This document shows, piece by piece, positions 1 to 12,200 of a stretch of 64,000 nt of DNA. The translations under genes and the position numbers were made by a program. Below the pieces are notes generated by a model. It was not told where the DNA came from, searched no databases, and saw nothing but the letters and a program-made list of their open reading frames with translations. Numbering within the stretch: position 1 is the stretch's first letter; each line of letters begins with the position of its first letter. This DNA comes from Catajapyx aquilonaris. Lineage: Eukaryota. Where the stretch lies: positions 1 through 64,000 of the forward strand of contig KZ538258.1 of the NCBI GenBank assembly GCA_000934665.2. Direction: 5' to 3'.

Positions 1-352
1 CCAAAAAAAACCTCCTTCTGCGCGCTGATCATCTCTCACAGCACCAAAAAGCAAGCGGAACGTTCCTTGGCAATCCTTCTCTGTTTTCAAACCACACAGG
101 AAGCCGCCGACCAAAAATAATGCACAGATTGAACTTCCACCCCTCCTCCATTCACGTTTCTCCACACACGCGACAATAGACGATAACGACACACCGACTT
201 CAACTCAGGCTCAGCCCCTTGGCGACATTTCCGCCTCCTGTGTCACGTCTTCGACACCCTGATCAGCTGCCAACAGACAAGACATCCAGTCACTCATGAC
301 CTGACACCAGGAATTATTCTTGATACTCATCCACTATTCCCTCCTCAGCAGA

Positions 353-425
<73 letters not shown>
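353..425. repeat. (ATT)n microsatellite
   Basis: Uninterrupted ATT tandem array followed by short AAC/AGC triplets. Confidence 0.97.
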
Positions 426-427
<2 letters not shown>

Positions 428-2695
428 AACAGCAGCAGCAACAACAACAATAACATATGCAAAAAAATGAAATTAGTGGACATCAGCTGAAACCCTCAGC
501 CACCATTAGACAAGCTGAAAAAGGTTCCTTGCTCTGGCGGCTAAAGGGCGTACTATACTGAAAGCCTGACTTAGCCGGAACGCCTATAATTTTGAAACGC
601 TTCGTGCTGACGACCGTGAATATGTGCGGGTTTTTTTCCCTTATGGTACGAGGGATATGTCTACAGGAAGGGTATAGAGCGGCACGTGCTCCATCTTTTT
701 GCAGGCTGCACGGGATGCAAAATAGGCACCTTTTTTCTTTATCATGCAAAAGAAGAGGCGGAAACATGGATGCCCACAGCTGTTGCCATGACTTTTCCGT
801 ATCCATTTGGCATCGGTCCTAAATATTAAAAAAAGAGTGGTCCGATCAAAAGGCACGCCTCTTCCGTTCGGCATTTCCGGATTTGCGTGGGGCACAATAC
901 GCACCGATCGAGAATCAATACCGCGACGGTCACAACTGGTTGCAACTCGGTATCTTTTTTTGACCGCCCACAGATATGGATTTTCTTTTCAACGTGAGCG
1001 CCTAGAATTGCAGCGCATTTAAAAATGCGACGTACATCTTCTGATTTGACAAATGTTCGCTCGTTTTCTTAAAATGGGTCTCGTCCATAAGGGTGTGCAA
1101 TATTATGAGACGAACAAAATGCCTTCCAAGGTAATCTCTACCAAAGATGCGCAATGGAACAACATATTGGTATCGAACATAGCCTCAATATTTACAATAT
1201 TCTTTGTGCAAATAACATTAATGAAATCCCATATGACTACCCCTAACTTGAGACATTCATTCCAACATTGTTTTCCAAGAACGTCAACATAAGTGTGGCC
1301 AGTAAACGGATCATCGCTCCTCTATTCAGAAAAACCTATTGTTTTCACCACGTGACAATGGACCCTGACTTGACGCCCCCTAGTTATGTCAGTATGTGTA
1401 GGATACAACCGTCGGTTACACAAGTTGCGTGAGCACAGTAGCTTTATATATATATATAACTGTTCATTCAACCTTGGGCACTCACGCCTTGCGTTCAGAA
1501 ACACGGCCTATTTATATCAGTTGGAAATGATTCACAGCCGTGGGTAGGGAGTAAGAAGCAAAAAAAGAAAGAAAGAAAAATGCACGTCTCATGTGTAGAA
1601 GTCGCGAGTGGGAAGGAATTTCATGAATCCTATTCCCTGTTTTCTTTCAGGCCCTAGCATGAATGGCAAACTTTACGCCAGCAGGAAGTGAACTGGCAAG
1701 AGAGTAATAATACCAGCTCCTCCCGAACCCATCAGCAATAATTAACGAATGGTGCCATTCGTTCTTGTACTGCGCCATTTCCATCTTCATCGCTTACACC
1801 GAGGTACTCTGTGCTCCATGAAGCATCCCCCGAGTCTGTGATAATACCCACTGTTTGAAGGTTCCCTGACTTCTCACTCCCAAGTCAGAAGAATCAGTTT
1901 TAGACTTAGTATTTGTGATTATTGAGTATAAGCTTGAGGAATTGAACCGGAGCACCTATAAGCACTGCAACTCTCTTCTTATACACCTCATCTTCTACAC
2001 TGCATTGGCATTTACAACCGCGTTTACAGGCCCAGCTTCTGCGCACTTAATTACATTTTACAGCCAGACTAATGACTCGTTTTGCCTTTGTCCGGGAAAG
2101 CAAAGCCGCCGCCATATCTCATACCGGAAATGTCCCCAATTTTTAATACATGAAGCGCGTTCCACTGAATGGCTTCATCCCAAATGATTTAACATCCCCC
2201 TCCTCCCCATCCGCTTTGTTTGCATTACAAGCCTACGCAGTATTCGAGATACCCTCTGAAACGCGGTTGCGGTCAACTGCCCTTCCTGCAATATATGCAC
2301 GACTGTTTCTGTACATAGAGTTGAATAAAATAATGCGGTGCAGAATGGGAGGTTATTGGACTTGATCGATCAGCTGCCCACTATGATCACCTTAGCAACG
2401 ACAATCAACCCAACAGGGGTTAATTAACCGCCAGCGCCAATTAGTCCTTACCGCAACCTACTTTCCGATAGACTGGACTCTTGTTTCGCACCAACCAAGG
2501 CCGGGTACATTCACCATGAGGTAACTTCCATTGACCCCTCCGTAAATTCACTAACCAACTTCCTCATCCGCTGTTACAAGACACCCCAAAAATGCTGGTT
2601 TTTAACGGTGTGGGGAATGAAGGTGTGTTGAGCGTGTGTGTGTGTGTGGAAGGAAGGGTTGGGTGGGGGGTCGGAAAGATGTTATTTTGGCCCAC

Positions 2696-2821
2696 CTCCA
2701 ACGCCAGATTGAAAACACTTGCTAAACTTCCGAGCCCGGAGATGAGTCGAGTGGCGAAAAGCTCACTACTGATGGATGGACCCGTCTTTGTCATCCTTGA
2801 ACTACGGGACACGAAGTGTCC
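2696..2821 (-). CDS. Candidate 126-nt phase 0-0 exon (GHFVSRSSRMTKTGPSISSELFATRLISGLGSLASVFNLALE)
   Basis: Acceptor gacttaactattccag|, donor GAG|gtgggc, open frame with internal ATG at 2794. Confidence 0.35.
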
Positions 2822-3733
2822 CTGGAATAGTTAAGTCACTATTGTTATCCAGTATTTTCGCCACGGTTGGGTCCTTGAATCCTTTCATCATTGTCGAGCC
2901 AACAACAAAAGCCTATTTTTCCCTCAAGCAGGCTCCCACAACTACCGGAACCACCATGGCACTCAGATCGACCTACCTATTAGGCAACATCAAAAACCGC
3001 TTCGTCAATTGGAAAATGCATCACCAAAAACACGGTCACAAATCTTAGTTTCCATACCATCCATTGTTGCGCAATCCACCTGGCTTTCCTGGTGAAGACT
3101 GACTTGCAAAATACACCCCTAACTGTGAGAGTCAACAAGTCAATCAGCAGCTAAAAATTTCAACTGTACATTTAATCACGCATATATTTCATCCACCTGA
3201 CAACTTGTTAATAACACTGCAACTGATTCTATACATCAGGGTTCCTTGTTAGAATCCACCTGTTCGGTCTCTCCCCGCCCTCAGGTAACCAACCGCGGTG
3301 CCGTATCTGTTGCATGGCGTCCTTCGTACATGGTAAACTGGATAAACGATCTCAAAAACATACCCACTTTCGCGACAAGGAGATAAGAAAGCACCTACAC
3401 AAAGCCCCAGCAACATCCGCTATAGATTTACACGTGAAAGACTCGCCCCGACGCCAAAAACTCTCACGATTTTTTTTTTCTCGCTTTCCTATAGTGCACA
3501 CACGAGAGCTATCAACTTATCCTCACGGAATGCATCATTATCTCTTTTTTCCAATACAATTCTGTGCAATAAGACATACCTATGGATCATCCTCCCTGCC
3601 TGCACCTGCCGGTGTTCGTTCTACAATACAACCGGATTGTCCGTTCGATATCCTAAAGTAGTCTCCACAACAATGACAGCAGGCAGACTCAGCCCCTCAA
3701 GCTTCCCACTCCAACGCAGCACAATGCGTTTCA

Positions 3734-4324
3734 TTACCAGAAAGACATCCTGCCCAGCCAATCCAACAATACCTTCCATGTGCCCCTAGATTCGGTTTTC
3801 TTGTCTCGGGGAGGAGGCGAAGCTGAATCTCCATTCTCTTGGAAGTGTCGTCTCTCTGGCAGGGGACTGGGTGCCACCTTCCTATAGGACACCGTGCAGA
3901 CGCATTCGATCCGCCTGGGCTTGGCCGGTACCCTGGCCGACACCGTGATGTGGTTGATGAGCGAAGGCTGTGCCGGTCCCACTACGAACCCGTTCCGTCC
4001 ATCCTGCTGGATCAGCGTGGTGGTCCGTATGGGCTGCGGAAGGCTGCTGGACTTGTTGGGCTCCAAATCTATGCCCGTCTTGTACTGGTACAGCACGCAG
4101 TTGATGCTGGCGTCGCGACGCTTCCTCTTCCGATGCGTGCCGAACGACTCGTCCGTTTGCGTCGACGCATTCTTACGTTCCGTCAGCCGATACACACGCA
4201 CTCGCCTCTTCATGGCCGCCGACAGACTGGGGCTTTCACCGAGGGATGGTTCCTCGTACTGTTCCTCCACATCTCGATGCAATCGCGGTGTGCCCTTTCC
4301 CAACCTGCGCCGATAACAGGGCAC
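3734..4324 (-). CDS. Intronic orphan ORF/candidate exon, unknown protein (first ATG at 4213; candidate exon 4304-3738)
   Basis: 196-codon stop-free, GC-rich frame. ATG in GCCATGA context; motifs KNASTQTD and HRKRKRR. Possible acceptor ggcgcag| at 4304 and donor TG|gtaatg at 3738. No family recognised. Confidence 0.5.
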   Translation of the reverse strand: MPCYRRRLGKGTPRLHRDVEEQYEEPSLGESPSLSAAMKRRVRVYRLTERKNASTQTDESFGTHRKRKRRDASINCVLYQYKTGIDLEPNKSSSLPQPIRTTTLIQQDGRNGFVVGPAQPSLINHITVSARVPAKPRRIECVCTVSYRKVAPSPLPERRHFQENGDSASPPPRDKKTESRGTWKVLLDWLGRMSFW

Positions 4325-6020
4325 TCGGTCGATGATAGGGACCCAAAATTATTTACCGGAGCGACTCCACAGCCCCCAGGTTATTCAATAGGCTATGAAA
4401 TATGCAATCAGGCGGGTGAAGGAACTTTCCAACTGAATCACGGTCCGATCGGGTGGTGTTGCAAGCAGCTCTTTTTCCGACCATCTTCCCATAGTGACTT
4501 TCCAACTACTACTGTAATATCCACTTCCTTCCAGGCAGCGCCCCGGAATAGGCACCCAAACCGTTTTGGCTCCTCTCCTGTATGAGTTTTCTCTCCTGCC
4601 AAAGGGGGCCACTGGCGACACGCACGGGACAGAATCGTCGGAGAGGGGGGAAGGGGAGTAAATACCCCAAACGTGCAACTTCTGCTTCTTTTTCTTCCCA
4701 AGAACACCACAAGTCCCCTCCAGCACCCCGTATCTTATAATTTATGCTGCGACACGGGGTCATTATTTTCCCCCGCCCTCTGTATTGGAACTGGAAACCT
4801 CCAGGAGAGGGGGGGGGGGGGCACATAACAAGGTTGGCGCCTTCTCTGCCGGAATGTATTCGTCTACAGGGTGATTCAGTCCTTGAGCGTGTACGGAGGG
4901 TTGCGTAAAGGGTAATGACTCCGAAAATAGAGTCCAGCTGTGCGACAAATTCAATGACACTATCCTTCGCATACCGCAACCCCTCGTGCTTTTGGCTGAC
5001 TCACACTATTATCCAATTCTACACTTACAGCCAGACAGCCAGTCAATCACCTTTCTTTACGACGGAATCTAATACTTCGGAGTCTGACACTAACATTTTC
5101 ATAACGCACTTAAAGTTGAACTTCTGCTATTAGAGGAAAATTTCTGCATCCAATCGGAAGCTGTCCCTGAATATTTTCATGCACTCTTATTAGACCAGAA
5201 AATTCTTTCCATTGCCACCTTGCCCTGCAGATACCAGCATTAATGCCAGTATGCCACCAATTATACTGTACTGTACAATAGCAGCAGTCAAAATTAGATA
5301 TAAACTCTCGAGTGCTCCATCAAAACCTTAGGGGTTCTTCCAGGCATTATCCTTCTGCTCGCAGGCACTTGTGTCACAATGTAAATGCCACACGCAATCC
5401 TCCCATTTTTTTTCCGCTTCCGAACAATATACCACGGGTAATCCGTTGTACGCTCTAATTAGCTCCCACTCTCAGGATGCAAAACCTGTCCGGATGAATA
5501 AAAGATGGGGCGAAAATGGCTTCCAAAAGCGTTGTTTGCATCGTCAGTTTGACAATTCCCTATTGAAATGGCAAGCCTGATGAATAGGTGGAGAGTTGGC
5601 CTCAGCCAACATATTGTGCATCTCTTCCTTATTTAGAGCCCTGCATTTCGATATGCTGGCCCTTCTAAGGACCAGCACTTTGTCAGTACCAACAAGACGG
5701 TTGGGAAAGCTCAAAAATCACTCCCAGTTAGCCCAACTCTACAGATTCATAACTCACGAGACCGCGTTTAGAAAGCCTCACATCCACCTGCGATCAGTCA
5801 AACTGCTCTTTTCCGCCAAAGTGAATCCCCGTGTAAGCTAGCCTTTACTTTCAGGCTTTCTCCTACCACGTTTTTTTTTTAAAAAAAAGGCGTGGCTCTG
5901 CTGCAGGACAGAAGATCGAATTTCTAGCAGCCCACCGGTTTATATTTAAAAGAACAACCGCCTTTGTTAACCGGGAGCGTGGACGACAGGACTTCACTTG
6001 CCATGAATGTGCTGTTTACA

Positions 6021-6662
6021 CAGGGTGTCCCCAAAGATATGCAGCAACAAGGCATGAATTACTCTACAATTTGTTTGCAGCTGGTATAACAGGGTATCTT
6101 ATGCAGTGAGTGTAGCATGTGCAGGTCAGGCAAGTTCTTGCATAAGGAGTCAAACGTGAGGCACAGCGCATAGGCACCACACATAATCAGCGCCTTATCA
6201 ACTCGAAGTAATTGCACGAATTAATAATTTGGAAAACTTAACAATGGAAATAGGTATTATTCTGGAGCATGTTTGGAGTAAGCTAGTGAATTTTCACTAA
6301 GACTCGAGCCAGCAGGAAAACGCGTATCCATCCACTGTCCTGACTTTGACAGCCAGTAGACCGGGTACTAGGTGGCTACCTGGTTCCAAATCCATTTACT
6401 GATCAATTTGTGCTGAACCTGTTGCAGTTTTCCTGAGAAAACTGGTTGCAAGTCTATAAATGGAGGTCACGCTCGCTTCTAAAATTCCATACTAAATTTT
6501 GAAAATTATAATTTGTGTGTCCCGGCTGCCCAAAACATGCCACCGTACATTTGAAATCTGCCTACAATATCCTAACGAGTATTCACATATCAAATTACGT
6601 TCGATATCATTACGCCACGCTACCAAATTCAACCTCTGCCCCGCCCCTTTACGGACACCCTG
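6021..6662. mobile_element. Non-autonomous Tc1/mariner-type element (MITE)
   Basis: Terminal inverted repeats CAGGGTGTCC ... GGACACCCTG followed by TA; the left TA is degenerate. Confidence 0.6.
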
Positions 6663-7123
6663 TATAAACTAGGCCTCCGGGCGTCCTTCCGCAAATGGCA
6701 ATTTTCCAAAGGGCCTGCTGGTGAGGCTTTACAACACCAGTGCACTGCTCCAGATAACTTTGCAGGGAGCCAAACTACCAGTGAGGAATGTTGTATACGT
6801 ACGAATATGACGGTACCGTTGCAAAAACCTGATTGACGTGCGATGTCCCCAGTGATAATAAATCCCCGTTTGGTTCCACCTGCGCGCATCACAACATCAG
6901 CTGGAGTGGGGCCAAGAGTGACCCATCCCTCCACTCCTCCTCAACATCCGCATAAATAAACCCCAGGGGTTGAAAATCCACATTTCTCGAGAGCCCCAAC
7001 TTGATAAACACTTATCATCATATATCCTGGAGTTAAGTCACCGGATGCAGGGTCACTTACACTACTTTCAACACTGCGCCTCTTGTGCTAGGCCACATGA
7101 CTCAGGCACTACACAGTGGTTTC

Positions 7124-7202
7124 CTCAAGGTTCCAGTCATTTCACCGCATTTGTTCAACAAAATTTGTTGAACAAATTCGGTGAAATGACTGGAACCTTG
7201 AG
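7124..7202. repeat. 79-bp near-perfect palindrome, probably a miniature Harbinger-like MITE
   Basis: 39-bp arms (ctcaaggttccagtcatttcaccgcatttgttcaacaaa and its reverse complement), 1 mismatch, 1-nt centre. Confidence 0.9.
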
Positions 7203-8657
7203 ATTGGAACCTCAGAGTGTGCGTAATATTTAATCTTACGCACACGCTGATCGCAGGGAAATGTACCACATCAGACACTTTTTTCGGCCAAACGCCACTG
7301 GGCTAAATCCGTTTTATTCGCATGTTAATCACTTGATCTGGCTCAACTATATATCATGCAACCGGCCCTAAATGGCAACAGTGTTGATATCCCCCCTGCA
7401 TTGTCACGACCATGTCACGCCCCTCTTTCTCAGCCTAATTCCACTAGAACTAACGGGCACGAAAGAACCATCCGGACACCCCTGAAAAGTATCCCAGAAT
7501 CCATATACTGATGGACTCCCCTCCACTTAAACACACTTGAGGCGCGTCCCCCCCCCCCCNNNNNNNNCCACTACGATCCGCCCATTCCATCACCCCCTTC
7601 CGGCATCTCTATCTGAAGGCTATGTATGCACAAATGCACAAAAGCAGTCATAGACTGCAAACCCCTATTTGCATTTGTCTCCCTCTTGGCTAAACCCCGC
7701 CCCTAAGACTGTATTAGGTGCCTGAATGGGGAATACTAATCAGGCCTGGCACAATTTGCGATCCGGCCTATTTTCCCCGGGAACATTCCGTGTTTGGACA
7801 AGTGCGCCATGTGGCTGCTCATATTTGTCCGGTGTAGCCAGGTACGACAAGAAATGGCCCTGCTTTTGTGCCAGCAGTTTGTCTCCGCTGAATGTTTTTA
7901 GAGCGTAATAATTTGCACAGGACGCGGAGTTAGCCGCGCTGAATTTACATTTAGGATGTGCCGCCTGTTGGGGACCCATTCTCCTGGTGGGTCACTCGGA
8001 AAACCACGACTGGCCCCACCAAAATCTAGAGCTGAGGATTCTAACAATCCATTCCTCATTATGTAATAAAATTAGGAGAAATTTGGGGTGAGCCATTACC
8101 GTCACGTCGTGCGTGCCGAATTGGACCAAACTTGGAGTTCTCGTAACTTTTCTCTCTCTCCCCGCCCCCCTTCCCTAGAGCCCCCCGACTGCGAAATTAA
8201 TTTCCTGCGCATCTGGTTCAAGATCAACCTTTTCACGCTCCGAGAGCCAAAAGAGTTTTCTCTCCGGGAAAGCTTACAGAACATCTCGAAATCAGTGTTT
8301 CCGCCACAGTTTGAAACCTTTCATCCTCAGCACCATTCGAAAATGAGCTTTTCTTTTAAACTCCTCTCGCCTAAAGACGCCAGAAAAATATTCAGACCAT
8401 GTGCAAGGTCAAAATCCAATACCCCCTGCCCGCCGCGCCGGTAACAAAACGAACATCTTTGAAACAGTATCGATTCAGACTCCCAGTTTCCGCATGGTCC
8501 GTCCGAGTCAGACGAATGCAAATCTGTCCATATCCAATAATATCGGCTGACTTCTCTCGAACAAAAGACACTCGAGCATTAACTTTCACCGATTCCCACA
8601 CCTAGAGGGTACAGCCCCGATACTCAGTCGACGGTGAAGTCGATACCAATCACTCAC

Positions 8658-9250
8658 CTTCTGGCCCGCCGCCGCTCCATCAACACCCAACAACGTGCGG
8701 AGTCCCAACCAGTGACATCCTCACGCTGTCTTTTTCCCGCCGGCCCAGCTCCGAATTGGCATCAAACCGACAAAAATCCAGCCCCGGCCCCCCCTACATC
8801 CTGTTCTTGCCATTGTCCCTTATGCAACCAAGCAGTTAGTTGCCTGCAGGCTACACTGGCGATCATTCCTGCGTGAATCGGGTCCTAGCGGATCACGCAG
8901 GCGCACAGCCAGTCTTGCCTGGCCCCCGCTCCTTGCTGTACAACAAAACCCGGTAGCACTCGCTATTTCAAAGTACCGGCCCGGACCCGCCCGGTTCGCC
9001 GGTGAATGAACCTGCGGTACGCTGGATCCTGGCCAATTTGCACGAAGAATGGCCCGTGCCCCCCTGCTTCAGTTTTTGGCACCAGCCCGGATCCATAAGG
9101 TCCCGGCAGTGTCCACCTATCAGTCAAAAGTGCACACGACACGCCCGCGCGGTTATGGGATGGCCGCACGGAAATAAACGTGACGCTTCCCGTATAACAC
9201 GCTGGACATGTCGTGCTCTGGGCGTATCCCCACGCTCGCAATGGCCATCA
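8658..9250 (-). promoter_or_regulatory. Candidate internal promoter/first exon (ATG at 8680, MERRRAR-R, phase-2 donor)
   Basis: GC/CpG-rich stretch ending in the consensus donor AAG|gtgagt at 8658. The 5' boundary is approximate. Confidence 0.4.
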
Positions 9251-12200
9251 CGCCAGCCGCCAATTCGCACTCATTTCCCCCTCCAAGAAAGGAAGCCTAT
9301 AGTTGAATTAGGTGTCAGGTAAGGAACCTCCTCGGGGGACTAAAAATAGCAGTTCCGTACTGCCTGGCCTAGTTCGGAATGCAAATGAAGGCACGAGTGT
9401 CAACATGGGGGCGCCGCCTTTTACATCAATCTATACGTAGTATAGAGAGGCCAAGATGCCAGGCGTTTTCTCTATTTTGCATCTCACCTGCCGACATGAT
9501 GACCCACATATCGCGCGATCAACATCTGTCCGACGTATTGTTTCCATTACACATACTAGGTATGAACCAGGGCATCGGTCCGATTGTGCCAGGAGTGACG
9601 TCTAGCCCCGCACATCGGATCCCCGCCAAACACCTGGGATCCATCCGGTCCCCGGTTATGACGCGGAAGTCGGAACACCTGGCAACCTTTCGGCCCTAAT
9701 ATTCCCCCGGCCCCCCNACACCCAATAAATCTCGACTTTTCCTTGTCACTGCCGACCGTGACGTAGGATTCAGCACTGCGGTCGCTAACGTATTATTAAC
9801 GCGTGTAAAAAGCACCCCTGGTGGAACCAGCTCCTCAGGAACCATAAAGGGCCCCTCTCCATGCTCCACTTTTGGACACCCCTTGTTGTAAGGTCACCGG
9901 AAATGTCAGCGGAAAAGGACATGATGACTGCCGTGACAATCCCCGGGGGTCTCATTATTAAGGGAAACATGGTGGGACCGCAGGGAGGAAAAAAAACAAT
10001 CACAAAAAAATGGTGTAAAGGAACGTTACTGAAACCAGACTTGTCTGCAGGAGAAGACCATGTGTATACAGTTGTGAGGTCGTCAGGGTCATTTTTGGAA
10101 TATAACGGGTGGGAGGGAGGGGGGGAAGGGTGTGGAGGGTTAGTGCCCACTCTTCATAAACGTCAGGAATGATCGAAGAGAACTCGTCTGTTTCGCACAA
10201 GCCCCGTTTTATAACCGTGTTCTAGTGGCAGCCATACAAGTGTAAAAGGGAGAGGAGGAAGCTGGCAAAAAAAAATGGCGAAAATGGCCCAGGTTATAAA
10301 TCATTTCGCACATGTTCGACTTCCGCCGAATGCGAAAGTCACACATTGATTAAAGTCTGCCCACACTTCTGCAAAACACCAGCCCGGAAATGACGCCCCA
10401 CATCATTTTTTTAAAGTGCAGAAAAATATATACTTCCGCGCTCGTCCCACTTTAACGCAGCTCACAAATGCTCGGAATAATCCAAACGACTCCGTCTATG
10501 AGCTTTCAAAGTGATTCAAGCCCTCCATGCATTATTCATAAAATCCTAACTATCCATCTATGCAGGGGGGGGGGGGAGGTTTAAAAAACCGACCGGTTAA
10601 ATAGCTTAATTGAATCCCCAACCGCGCCTTTCACTATTGAGAGAAACTCTTGCTAAATGAAGGGCTCTCTGTGGTCAAGAAACCGAGTTTCGCAGAAGCC
10701 ACTTTTTTCCACCACCACGAAGAAAAGTACATACATTTTAACGTAATATTTCACGTTACAAATGGCCACCGGTCATGCTAATTAAGCCCTAGAGCGCCAT
10801 ACAAAAAGGTCATGAACACGGAATGAAGCGCCCAAATGGCAAACGTAACAATGGCAACTTTCATTTGTCCAACGTGCAAAAAAAAAAAAAAAATGTGTGT
10901 GTGTGTGTGTGTGNTTCAGATCGATGCCCGGTGCCGATCTGGAAAATGGACGATTCCATTTCGGTCCACACTGTACCACTCGATGTGGTTACCATACAAA
11001 TAGGGCCGCATTACGGTTACCAAAGACGAACCGCATTCGGATTTTTCCCTTTCACTTTTTTGAACCCAAAAAAATAACTTGATGATGATGCAGAATAGCA
11101 TCAAGGCTGAGGGTTATTTCTACCGCCACTTTGTCCCCCTTTTCTTCACGGTTATATGAGTTCGGGGAAGGAGAACCGTTTACCTATTTTCGACGCAACG
11201 CACGAGACTTTCATCCGGAGACTTGGAAAGGAAGAAAGAAAGAAAGGAAAAAAAATCAGCAGTCGATGCAAAGCACCGAATTGTACCAATGTACCGAAAA
11301 ATCTTACATATAAATTTTGATGCAATATTATTTTCCAGCATTTTGAAAGCTAGATTAATTATCCAGCAGCAATGACATTGTCGCGCTTTCCAAACCGCGA
11401 AAAAAAAGGCCGTTATGGGCAAGATGGCGATCAGCAGGGGCGTTTGTATTTGGTACAAGGGTCAAGGTAGTCCAGAGCGAAAATGAAGTTTTTACGAGGC
11501 CAACTTCCGGCCTTCCCCTTTGGCAGAGTCCAGCAGGTGAGATGCTCTAACCAATTAGGCTGCCACATCCTATTTCACACCGACACATGCGCCGCTTTCC
11601 CCTCGCCCACATGGTATACATTATAGAAAGGGAAATCACGAATAATCTACTTCGACCCTGTTCGAATTTGGATGACTGTAGAAGAAGAAAAAAAATGGCA
11701 ACATAATTTTTCTCTATCTGTATACGACGGAGACACAAGTCGGAGGGGGCAACTTTCACAACCTGTGGTGACGACTTTTCCTGCGTAACTAACGGAAACG
11801 GGCCATAAATTCAGATCTTACCCATTACCATCAGTTTCACTGCCAAAACATATTTGGTTATTAACGTTATCGCCTTTCCTTTCCGCTGTGCATTACAGCT
11901 TATTTGAACCCTTGGAAAAATGATCCCCATTTACCAAATGAGTCCAAGAGAGCATGAATATTGACACTCCCCTGTCCCACATTAAAATTTTACCATAATG
12001 GCGGTAATTACCGCTAAGAGGTTTGTGCTAGCCCCTCCCCCTTATTTACACCTACCGCAATTTTGCCAGCGGAATGGGATCGAACTAGGCCAACCCAACT
12101 AAATAGCCGGGCATTTATGTGCAGGCGAGATTAGTCCTACGGAAGCGTCTGGCGGTAATCTCATTTTGCAAATAATTCATCTCCGGCCCCTTGCAATGCT

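Noticed and set aside
2513..3335. Plus-strand ACCATGAG|gtaact with an acceptor at about 3285
   Set aside because: The splice gives ATG AGG TAA, an immediate stop; no further support for a nested plus-strand gene.
3839..4585. 248-aa plus-strand ORF and overlapping 140-aa ORF
   Set aside because: Non-ATG starts and no recognisable features; best explained as antisense shadows of the GC-rich minus-strand ORF.
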